Shown here: positions 21,838-33,700 of the stretch, one piece after another | Layout of the letters: the number at the start of each line of letters is the position of its first letter | Numbering within the stretch: the stretch's first letter is position 1 | Assembly (NCBI GenBank): GCA_950097015.1 | Contig: CATNEN010000024.1 | Span: 2,852,001 to 2,916,000 of the forward strand | Reading direction: 5' to 3' | DNA: 64,000 nucleotides | From: Macrostomum hystrix | Lineage: Eukaryota > Animalia > Platyhelminthes | Made by a program: the position numbers and the translations under genes | Notes under the pieces: generated by a model | The model's input: only the letters and a program-made list of their open reading frames with translations | What the model was told of the DNA's origin: nothing | The model's database searches: none

Positions 21838-22908
21838 TCAGCCAGTCTTGTTTTTGTCAGCAAACGGATTATTAGGATTAGGTGGTGGCAGCAGCTTCTG
21901 GCGCCGGTAGTTCCACCACCAGCCGCGGCGCACCTTTGCTAGCGCCTGGTAGCGCGGCTCCCGCTCCTGGAACCTGGCCGGCCGCATCGTAGGCGCGTAC
22001 TGCACGTACTTGGCCTTGTCCTCGCCAGTTCGGAGCTCGTCTACTAGCCGCGGAAACAGTGCGGCCCGCTGATCGGCAGTCAGCGAGTCGTAGTCGATGC
22101 CCGGCTGCTCCGGCCGCGGCAGCTCGGGTCGCTCTTCCAGATGCACGCCGCCGTCGAGCATGGCTTGGCAGAAGGCGTCGTTGCGTTCAGCGCTTCGAGG
22201 AATCTCCAACTGGTCCAGGTAGACCCGGTCGATGCCGCACTGCAGGCATCTGCTGGCCAGGACTTCGCCAATTGCGCGTGCGGCGCTGACGTCGCGCGCA
22301 CTGTAGAGCTGACTTCGAATGGCAGATTCAGCCGTAGAGGCTTCCACTACAACGGAGCCATTGTTGTGCACAATCTGCAAGTTCAAAGGAATGCGATGAC
22401 AGGCTGTAAGGCTGATTCACCATTCTTATTTCTCAGTCCACGCATGTTTTTGAGCATCAGTATATTCCGAGAACTGCCAAACTTACGAGTACAACTCAAT
22501 GGTTATACAGACAATTAACACACGAGTACTGGACACATGTGATTCTAAAAGATTCTAAGCCAATAATGGCCCAACTGTGCATGTTAGTTATTAGTGATAG
22601 TATTACCAAGGTCGCCTTCATCCACAACAGAATCCACCAACCTGAGCGATTGTTCCGGTGCCAGTGCGACGTAAAATGCACTTTAAATAGTAGTTGCGAT
22701 TGGGCTGCTGCAGTTCCCAGCCTTTCGGTTTTGGCGCGTGACCGCTGTGCTCAAGGTGGCGCGGATTTCTATTAACAAATGTTGCACGTATTTTATAGAC
22801 ACCTTGAGTCACGGCGGCGCCCCTGCCGCCGCTACTAGCGCTCAGAAAGCGGCTAAACAAGCCAGCTCCGCTGCGGCAAAGCAGCAGTGCACGGATGCCA
22901 GACAGCGA
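21838..22908 (-). CDS. MRPL18: Mitochondrial ribosomal protein uL18m, two coding exons, no genomic ATG found
   Basis: Exons 22908-22642 and 22374-21838 (GT-AG, phase 0). Motifs FVNRNPRHLE..G.APKPKGW, IVHNNGSVVVEAST.E.AI..QLYS..DV.AA..IG.VLA.RCLQCGI match MRPL18. The N-terminus resembles a mitochondrial presequence. Confidence 0.92.
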
Positions 22909-23319
22909 CTGTGGGATTTTAGTTGAGTGCTTACAGTTTTGCGCAAATGGCACAAAATACGAATCGTTTACGTCTCCCACAGTAATATAAAAAACAGACT
23001 CAAAAGGGGAAATTCAAATGCCAGAAGGCTTATTTTTGTTCATTTTCATTTTAAAACACTCTGCTAGACACGCGCTATTCGTAGTTTATTAAAAACAAGA
23101 ACGGATAATTCAGTACATAAACTGAGATTTTAAAGTAGGCAACAACTAGGATGGCGTACATGTATGAGGATGACCTTGGTAGTCATCCGGCCGTTTGTAT
23201 TGGTTACACAGTGGCTCAGAGCTGCTTTAAGCAATGGCCAGCTCATACAATAGCGGTTTCAAGTGCATAGCTGTGAGATGATTATGCAATAACATTTGCA
23301 GGAGGGTTCTGGACATAGA

Positions 23320-23595
23320 CATTGACACAATTTTGTGATGGTCAAACTACAAGAAGACTATTCTGCCCATTCCCTTGACTCCTGAGTCATTTACAAAAAC
23401 ACACACAGATGGCTACTGTATGCTGTCACACATGCAGGTGTGTACATCTGCCCTGAATTTTTAATCATCAGGCAGTGTACACTCTTACAAGCCCTAAGCC
23501 ACCCCTTCTGTGGCTATGTCCTAAATGAATGCTGAATCAAGCTCAGGGACCTTGATGCAAGAGGCAAACATGTTAGACCACTCTGCCACACCTTG
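23320..23595 (-). mobile_element. Degenerate SINE family B copy
   Basis: Diverged body (CAGGTGTGTACATCTGCCCTGA, GGACCTTGATGCAAGAGGCAAAC). Confidence 0.7.
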
Positions 23596-24516
23596 AGATA
23601 AATGAACATTACTGACTCTTAACTAAAAAAACATGTTAAAAGCCTAAGGAATATTATTTTTTTAACTATCTGCTGCCTTAAACATTTAAACTTCATAACC
23701 ATAAAAGCCAGATAAATTAGCTCAGCTTTTAAGTTTTGCATGTTGATTTTAAACTATTATGTTCAAACAATTTAAACTAAAATAAACTGATAAAAACAAA
23801 TATTCTTCATAATTTCTGAACGTAATTTCATATATGAAACTATGAATTTTATAAATACAAAAAGTTTCTACTTTGAAATTCATAAGCATTAATCATCAAT
23901 GAAATGGCTTGCCCAATTAAGTAGAACACAGCAATTCCTATCTAAAATTGGAAGAAGTTCTCAAATAGAAAAAATAAAAGAATGTTGAGTTTCATAGTGT
24001 AATAGTATCCCACTAAGTTTTTAATACTCTTTATATTATCTATAATTTTTTCTTAAAAGAAAACATCAGACTAGGAGTTTAAAAAAGTAGACATCATTTT
24101 CATGACTTTACTTTTATAAAATAGTTCTTGTCTTTTGAAAGAAATAAATAATTTGTTCTATCTAAAAACGTGTACTTTCAATGAAATGGCATAGGAGGAC
24201 ATCCTCATCACAGGGGGGCTACAATTTTTTTTCATGAAACCAAGAAGCAAACTTGTTCTAACTTCTAATATGTTTTCAATATACATGTCAACAATTGACA
24301 GTTGAGTTGACAAGTGAAGTTTGAATTTAATTGGAAAACTCAAAAGTATTTTATAGGATTAAAGCTAAAGAAGCCCAAAAAATCAATTGTAAAAAGGCTC
24401 AAGCAACAGCTCTAGTTGCCGCTTTAATGGGAGATGTGAATACTGGGATTCAAGGAATTGAGTCAAGCACAATTTGTATCATTAACTATTAACATTTTCT
24501 TAAAGATTACTTCACT

Positions 24517-25403
24517 GGTAGTTCGGTAACACCACAGGACCATACATGCGCAACACCCGGCCGACCCGGCCGAACCGGCCGGGTGAAACGAGGGCCAAGC
24601 AAGGTAAGTCGCAAAAACCAATCGACCAAGCGCCAAAAAATCAAAGGGGGGACCAAGGGACAAAAAAGGAAGGCGTGAAGAAAAGGAAAAAGGGGAGAGA
24701 AAAATAGAGCAAATGAGAGCAAACTAAGTCGTAAATAGAGCAATGAAACGAACTAAGTCGCAAATGAGAGCAAAAACTAAGTCGCAAGGCCGGCTAAGAT
24801 TTGGGAGGTTGCGCATGTATGCACAGGACAGTTCGGTAACATATCAAGGTACAGTTCGGTAACAATTGATTAAACTGGATCGGAAGGGTTCTTTGCGAAA
24901 TTATTTTATATTTAGTTCGGTGAAGTTACAAAGTAAAGTCAATAGCACTTCGAACCATATTTAGCTTTTCGAAATATGAGTAGGCCTATGAGGTTGCATT
25001 TTGCATGTTACATATTTCACATTTGGGCGTCAAATAGTGACAATGTACCGTCATCAAGTCATTCATACAGTCATCAAAAAAGGCCAAATTTCGTGTGATC
25101 ACACAATTTGCACTAATTTTTCATCCCTTTTGTATACATCCCTTTGAACGAGCCTTTACCCTACTTGCACACTCTAAATGACGTGTCAGTTTCAGATACA
25201 TCAGTAACATCAGTCAGTTGTGTCCTAGCAACGATAGTAGAAACATTGTTAGAACAAACCTAGATTGATTTTATTGACTTTCAATTGTTACCGAACTGTC
25301 CCCAGTGTGTTACCAAACTGTCTCCTGTATGTTACCGAACTGTCCTTGAGTGTTACCGAACTGTCTGTTACCGAACTGTCTGTTACCGAACTGTCCTGTA
25401 TTC
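24517..25403. mobile_element. MITE/foldback-like element with CAGTTCGGTAACA subterminal repeats
   Basis: Perfect 19-bp inverted repeat ACAGGACAGTTCGGTAACA (24823-24841) / TGTTACCGAACTGTCCTGT (25381-25399); three forward and about six reverse copies of the core; no ORF. Confidence 0.6.
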
Positions 25404-27704
25404 ACTTCACTACACTGATACTCTCTGGATGGCATAATGACCTGCAGACTTTCAATGAACTTTGTGCAAAAACTTGAATAGGGCTGTAGACTGAAGTTGT
25501 AGGCTTATGTACCGCCTATGGGCATGCTAAGGTGGTGAAAAAAGAAAAAATGTACTGTATTTTGTTACAATAAAAGGATAACCATCAATATAGCTCCAGC
25601 CTTCTAAGCCTAGTATGTGTTAGGCCTAAACAGTTTGTCTGGCAATATTCTACTTCTGTTTGTTATATTATTTTGTTTGTTTGAATTTGTGCCACACGTG
25701 CATTATGAGTTTGAAAAAGTTGTGCTGAAGTGGCTTTGCTGTGACTTGGCACTTGGATCTATGTCTGTGGCAAAATCTGGCAAATATGGGGGAACAGAAA
25801 GCACAGAAATTCTGCAGCTGAAGATTTTGCAAAGGCCAAGCTGCATCAAATGCATGGCACGAGTGCTGCTCTATTCAAAAGCCACCTTGAAGAATTCTTA
25901 TGGCGCCGTCTATACCCCAAGAATAGCTTTGATGCCCTCCTCTACTAGATTAGGCCTAACCAGTTTGAAAGGAGACTGACCAAGACTTCAGAACTGTCTG
26001 AACAAACTACTGACTTTGAACAAAGTCAAAGTGTTTAACAATTGCATAGAATGTCAAAGCCCCTTTTCTATAGGCTAGCCATGTGAAGGACTCGAAGGAG
26101 TACTTGTAGGCCTAGCATTGGATCTAGTGTGCAAAGGCCTTCAGCAATCTCCTATTCTGGGTTACCTACCCTTAGGCCCTACCTACTACTGCCTAGACTA
26201 CCTAGTTAAAATATTGGGAAATCATTTTGAAACAATGGGAAACAATGAAATAATAGGAAAAAATGATATGAAGAGTGTCAAATGCTGTGTTTATATTCTG
26301 CTGGATCGCGTGTCAAAATTCAGCAGGGCTAATAATAAGGGAGTTTGGATCCACAATAACTGATTGGTCTGTTGGTCTGTCCTAGATATGTTTGAGCTAT
26401 AGCTATAAGAGACACATCGATACATGAAATCTGATAGTCTATGTAAATTACAAAACGAATATTTGTAATTCAGCTTAAAAAATTGCCTTTTGTGTTTCGC
26501 TTACTTTAAAAAACATGGAGTCTATATTACACCCATGGCCATATACAAGGTCAATGCTGATGAGTAATTCGATATTCTATTTGTACGAGGGCTCGCATTA
26601 GGGCCTGCGGTAAGTGCTTACCATAAGCAGCAAGCATGCGATATTTGTAACTTTTTTCTAGGAAAAACTGCTAAATCCGTTTGTTACGCAGTACAAATAC
26701 AAACAGTTAAAGTAATCCACTATTGGGATCCTATTCACAATAAACTGTCATTGATGTGCTCTTTTTATTTCTTTGACTTGTTATTATTATTATTATTTTC
26801 ATTAGCAATTTAAATATACTAGCTCTGCTCTACGCCCATTGTAAAGATCAATAGCTCTCGATTTCAACTACGAATTTTGGAAACAAATGTTTTACTTAAA
26901 ACACATTCTTCGTCGTACGAATTAGTACATTATTCTAATCTCTATACAGTGAGTAGTGAGCACATTCGGTATAATGAAAGATAGAGCCTGCGTTCATTTG
27001 CGCGGACACTTCTGATTTTCGACCGGTATACAAGTGTCTTGAGTAAAATACATCGTTCAGGTTTATGTATTTTTTCAGGAAAAAAACGATAAAGGAAACT
27101 GCTTTATATTATGGGTTAACAACAATCAGCATATGTAATTAATTCGTGCCAGCAAAATATACTCCGTGCTAACTATATTAAAGTACACGATTGAAATATT
27201 ACGAATCGTTCAGAAAACGACAATGTAAATTTGTGTTTTTTAATTTAATTTTGAAACATAACAATTTTTTACGACATTCCTGAATAAACACAGGAGCAAG
27301 AATTGTACAAAGAGTTACAGCTGCATGCTATTAAATATTAACTGTTACTTCCAGTTTTTAATAAGTGTAGTAGATTTAGTATAGAATCATTTAGGATACA
27401 GTTATACGCAGTACAACATACTGTGTTGTACTTTTGGCTTTTAAACACTTCTGCATTTTGCTCTTGAAAATTCAAATTTATCATTTGAATTAGTAAAATA
27501 TGTTTTGCGATCGAACAGTAGGTCGACAGAAGAAGAACAAAACGAAGAAGAGAAGATAAGTCAAAGTAGTTTAAGCGAATATATAAAAACGCTGCAAGTG
27601 GATCTATCTAATCTTTGCTTATCTGCTGTTAGAGATATTTTTCAGGACCAAGGCTCCACAACGCAGAATATCCAACCAGTTCGATCTAAAAAACAAGCAG
27701 CAGG

Positions 27705-30700
27705 CTAATTCTCCACAACCGGCATATCGTACCATCCAGCACTTGGCTGTGGCTGCAGCTTTGAAATGTCTCCAACTTTGCCACCCTTTCCACCCTGTCG
27801 ACTTCCGGGTGGTTCTCGGGCGCCATTAGACAGCGCTGGCTTTCTACGGTGAAGCGCCCGGTGCATGCACAGGAACAGCAGGTCGATGAACATCTCCATG
27901 ATTTCGAAGAGTGTCAGGACGCTAAGACCCAGCCACAGACCGACCTAAAAGTGAAAAATGGTATTATCAGCGAATAGATTTAACTTAACACATCCAAATA
28001 AAACAGTTTATCTGATTAAAAAGAATTCGGTTAAGTACGGACCCAACAATACACTTACCTGACCACCCATATCCGAGAGGACGTCGATGATCTGGTAAGC
28101 CGGATTTGAGACGCTCGAGTACATCACAGAGTCGTCGTAGAAAATTATAATTTTTACAAAGTTTTTACTGCAATTGTAAATAGAACACCTCTTTATGCTT
28201 CTGACTGATAAAAAAGGTGACCTAGTCGCAAAAGTTACCTCATAAATGACTGCCTCTCCTGTGGTAGCAGAGCATTTACGGCTCGCCTGATAGATTCACT
28301 GTAGGACATGATTTGACGCCGCGAGTCGTTCTGAAATAGTTTAAAGCATCCATCGGAATTGGCTTCAAAATTTAAGCTCCTGCATGCAGCAGGCTGTGTT
28401 GGTCTGATGAAATTAAGAGCAACGGATGTCACTTTGACCTGTCTCATGTACATGACTCGATTATGATTTGTTTTGTTTGAACTGTCTGTCAGATGTCGAT
28501 AAAATCAGAGCTTATCTGAAGAGAAGAAAGTACGTGTAGAGAAGTACAAAGAATTTGTGAGGACCCTGAATGCAGAAATCAATCCCTAGAAGCAGCTTGT
28601 AGTGTGGAGTTGGACCAATGCAGCAACCATTAATGCTCTTTTTCCTTCTTTTTTGTTCAGCCGAGCAGAGAAGAATGAGAGGACCAGTTTTTTAATCGAC
28701 AGGTGGCTTTCTGAACTATTTAGCTAATATTTGAACATACACAGTTCGCATGCAAAGCTTTATAAAACATGTCTGTACACACATTTTAGAGCAAGTAGCT
28801 TATTGTGTGAGTGCAATTTAATCCGATAAAAATCGATCATTTTTGTGGTAGCTTTTGACGAAGCGCCAGAATGTGCGCAAAAGTCCCTCGGTTGCAATAA
28901 TGAGCAGTCTGATTACATTAGCGCGAGTGTTATGCAGTATCCGATGCAACAGCAACGACTGGGACAAAGCTAGAGAGACCATTTTTACGAGTATAATGAA
29001 CCTTTGTGGGCTGAGACTGAACCGATTTTACACTAGACCGCTGATCTCGATTTTTTAGACTCTTAGGCCGTTTTTAATTTTTGAGATTGTCAAATGGTTT
29101 ACAATGAGCTTACCTGATAGCTGTCACTGGGCCACATGGATACCGACAGAGATGTCTGATAAAAGTACTCGCTGGAATAAAATAAAGATAAATACAGTTT
29201 TTGATGGCGACAGAATAGGAAATTTATATGTAAGCACGTTCATAAAGTCACTTCAAGGTAGGTTCTGCAAAAATAGGTATGATAAATTAGCGCATCTGAA
29301 GATTGTGTACGGCTGTTCAGTGCATGGACTGGGGGGGGGGGCGAGCCACACTACCTTCAATTACCCTCAGCTTATGTTGGTACCCATTTAACAGCTGGGT
29401 GAACTGAAGCAATGCTGAGGAAGACAGACCCGCAACGTGCAAGTCGTGAGTCTGACGCTCTACCCGGACGACTACGCAAGAAAAGGACTACGTATGTACG
29501 TAATTCGAGTCGTCCTTGCTCTACCCACTCCGGGATTCAACCCCGGGGGTGAGTGGCAGAGCGGTCTAACGCGTTCCCCACTCGTACCAAGGTCCCTGAA
29601 CTCGATTCCGCGGCGAGGCCACGTTTATTTACGCCGCAGTCTCGCTGATTCAGGGCAGATGTACAGTATCTGTGCAGTGTGCGTGTGTGCTCAGGAATCA
29701 GCGCAATGGGCAGGAATTGCCTCCCCTCTGGCTGCGCGTCTACTGTCACCAAATGATGAGCCAGTGGCCTCAGCCCTCCGGTAAATATTATTATTATAGT
29801 CTACTATCCCTTGCAGCCTCCTGTGTAAAGGAGCAAAAAGAAATTGTTAATCAAAGGCTCACTCGCAGTCCTGCTTGCAGTCGGTGCGGCACTGCTTGAA
29901 TGCCTCTTGTTCCACCCTCGTCATGCACTTTGCTGCAATGGTTGGGGCGCTTCGAGTTTGTTTCGATTAATTTTTCTTCATTTCCAGAGGTTTGAAGTCT
30001 GAGCTTACAATTATTGCTGACTGTAGACGTTGTTGAATTGTACTCGTAAAGGCAGATTCTGTAGGAACTATTAAACAGCGGGTCAATTTTCGGATTGGAT
30101 ATCGGTAGATTCGGCGAGCTGCAGTTGCACCTGCTCTCTACCTGGCGTTGCATGCACGTCTTCATACAGGCCTGAAATAGTAAAGTGAGTTTTTTTGCCG
30201 GAGCTCAATAAATGACTATCAGTTGAATTAAGTATTTTTCTATACATAAAAGTATAAGAAATACACAAACCGGTTGAGAATAGTTCACACTGGGTAACGA
30301 GTAGTTAGACTGTACGGAGTACATGTTGTTCAACCTGTTGGCCTCTTCGTAGTTCACTTGACAATCGTCAGAGTAGGGTGCGGACAATCGCTGCGTGTAG
30401 AACTGTGGGAAATAGTTTTGAAAGGAAAATCTCTATACGCCTGTTTTATTCATGAAGAATATGAGCCTTATTCGGCTCATAAAATCAAATGACTTCTTGA
30501 TTCTCGACAGACGGAAAAGTTTGAACCAAGTACTTTGTTAGTTGTCCGTGGGTTAGAAAGTATCCTTTTGTCCTTTGGGTTAAAAGGCAACCTTTCCAGT
30601 CCATGGACAAGGACTATTCAAGTAGATGCAAACTACGGTGCATTATCTCTATTATCTCATATCTCTATGTTCTATAATCTTGGATTGAGTAATTTCAGTA

Positions 30701-33700
30701 GGATTTTTCAAAACGATGCAAAAATTTACCTGCTTGAGTCCAATGTAGGTCTCCTGTCCAGGTGAAACGTTGATGCCGCTATCCTCCGGAAACGGTTGCT
30801 TGTTGGTCTCGTGGACGACAACGCTGACGCCTGCCGAGTTGGCCACGGAGCCAACGTACTCGGTCTGGTCGATGAACATAGTCACAGTGAGGCCGTGCAG
30901 CGGGCCAGTCTGCTGTACAGTGAACGGCTCCGTTCCATTTGCGGCCGCGTTGAAGGTGTAACAGTTGCCGTAGAGCGGGTGCAGGAAGCGGGTGAAATCG
31001 CTATTGGAAAATTAGTTTTAGGAGGGTAAGGATTAGGATTCTGATCCGCTAAAAATGGTGAGCATACTCCATAATAAAGTCACTCCTCTCCTGTACCTCG
31101 ATTCTGTAATAACTTTTTCTCCCCCGGATTTTGGGTTAGTGGCAGAGCGGTCTCGCACCAAGGTCCCTGAGCTCGATTCCACGACAGGGCCACATTAATT
31201 TGGGGCGCAGCCGCGGAGAGAAGGCTTGGGGGCTCGTCGTGCAATTTACGCCCTTGAGGGCCAACCTGCTCCAAGGCACAGTGAAGTTGTACACTGCCTG
31301 CCTGACGATAAGAAAGTCATGAACGTGTGCCTGTGTACAGTATCTGTCTGTGCTTGTGTGCTGCAGACAGATTGATAGAGATTGATTGATTGAGAGATGT
31401 AAATTTTTGAACAATAGCACGCAGCCTTTTAAAGCAAATATATAATTATGGGTATCTATGACAGATTCGTATTATTTGAGACAACTCTATGAGGCACGAG
31501 ACCATTATCTTGTGGCAGGCACACAATAAGCTCATGAGTCAACACAGACACGGAGAAATGCAATTGTCTGTCTTTGTAAACTCAAATATTGAGCGATGGA
31601 AGACAAACTTTAAATTTTGGACTGGGGTAAAACCATTTTATGAATAATTTTATTATCTGGACTGGAAGGCTCTGAACTTCATTGGTTAATTGATTAACAT
31701 CGCAGAAGAAAGTTTAGACTGCAACTTAAGCTCACGCACATTATCTTAACTGAATTTCTGTTTGATAAAGCTTGCTTGTATAATGAAATCTTAGATTCTA
31801 AAATCAAGCTGAAGCGATTCATATTTTAATAAGCGAACTCCCCAAACGGTATCTATCTACTCGTACTTTTACTTGCTCTCGAAATGTTTTCGTTACTATG
31901 CGCTTGCTAGTGTTATTTCTTTCTTTATACGGAGCTTGTAGCTCAGTGGTTCGAGCTTCGGACTTTAGACCGAAGAGGTCCAGAGTTCGAATCTCAGCTC
32001 TCGGGGAAACTTTTTGTGTCATTGAGCAGGGAATTTATTGAGGAACTAAGATAGAAATTCGGTATGTGTGGCGGCGTCTCCAGTCCACGGACTGAGGAGC
32101 TGCACGAGGCTTTTGGAAGCGCCTCTGAATGGCTGCAGCTGTGCCTCTGGCAGTAAATTTGACCCAACTAGGCTATTTGTAGCTTCTATTCTCTTTTCTG
32201 TCCTTACAACGTGTTCGTTTGAATGTCACTAGTGCTTACCTTCAGGCGTCCACCGAAGACATTAGTAAACAACAAATACCAAACTTTTAATCCGATAAAA
32301 ATCGATCATTTTTGTGGTAGCTTTTGACGAAGCGCCAGAATGTGCGCAAAAGTCCCTCGGTGCAATAATGAGCAGTCTGATTACATTAGCGCGAGTGTTA
32401 TGCAGTATCCGATGCAACAGCAACGACTGGGACAAAGCTAGAGAGACCATTTTTACGAGTATAATGAACCTTTGTGGGCTGAGACTGAACCGATTTTACA
32501 CTAGACCGCTGATCTCGATTTTTTAGACTCTTAACCCGTTTTTAATTTTTGAGATTGTCAAATCAAACCAAACCAAACCAAACCAAAAGAATTCAAGAAG
32601 TGGTCAAAGTAAGATACCAAAAATCACTCAGTGGTCTGACAGAACTAAAAATGATTTGAATTGAAAGCCACACATGAAGTTTTTTGACGTCCCAAGCCAA
32701 GCAAATCAATTTAAGCATTGCCTGAAGCTATAAATACTTGTAGTTTTAGATTTGCGTCATGTACGAGCACTTGCGTATGATATGCATTATTAACGCTTTC
32801 TAATACTCTCATAGGTGCTTGTTGCTAACGTGACACATGCTAATTTAGTACACTCCAAAGCGGAAAGATGCCTCACCGCTGGCTGCAGTAGCGATTCCCG
32901 ATGCTGCACTCGATGAGGAAGTCGCCAATCTGGTAGCCGACCTTGGCCTTCCAGTCGCCAGTCAGCGAATTATAATAGTCCAAGAAGGTGTAGGTAATGC
33001 CCAACCTGTCTGGTATGACGTTGGGTCCCAGTGCTGTCAGGTTGCGGCTGGAGTCATTGCTGACCACACTGCCAGTCATCCACGAGTACTGATCCACAAA
33101 GGTTTACCGGCAATTGTTTTTTAGTTTTTGCACTAAAAGTACACGCACTATTATCATTAATACCGATTAGGGCTCACAATAGGAAATGTGACTGAAAAAT
33201 GACAGGAGCAAGCTTTTCAGTACGGTGAAACTGAGAAGAGAACAGATGGCGAAGGAGGAGAAGCATATTTAGGTTAAGGAGGACTGAAAAAAAGACTTTT
33301 TAATTAAAGATTGAAAGCTTTATCAACTGTGCCAAAGAATCGATTGTTGCAAGCAAACTCAAAGTCAAATTAGACCGAAGGTTTGTCTTGCAACAGCTAC
33401 GAAGTATATAGAGTTACAATGTGGCTTGATGAAATGCCAGCTAAAAGGATTCGCTCTACTAAGGCAGCCAAGAATTGTGACTGTTTGACAGGAAGACTAA
33501 TACTTTATGAGCAGTGAATGATAGCTAAAACTGGGCAAATATCAGGGCAGTGAGTTTCCTCAGATTTACTCAGATACAGTTAGTAAAGCGAAGAGTATCT
33601 ATTGGAATTAAGTTCTCATTGCAGTTTATTAACGATACTTGTTTTGCTTACCTTCGATGCGTCTGGCTGCGGAGGTGCTCCACCACCTGATGGTCCGGCA

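Noticed and set aside
25617-26363. Intergenic ORFs of 80-120 codons (and similar short or antisense ORFs elsewhere)
   Set aside because: No recognisable motifs, mostly non-ATG starts, and either AT-rich or antisense shadows of real exons.
31931-32003. Ochre-suppressor tRNA (loop CTTTAGA)
   Set aside because: The stem pairs only with an 8-nt loop, and the sequence runs on into SINE body with no Pol III terminator. It is a SINE head; the same applies to the heads at 38655-38725 and 50016-50085.
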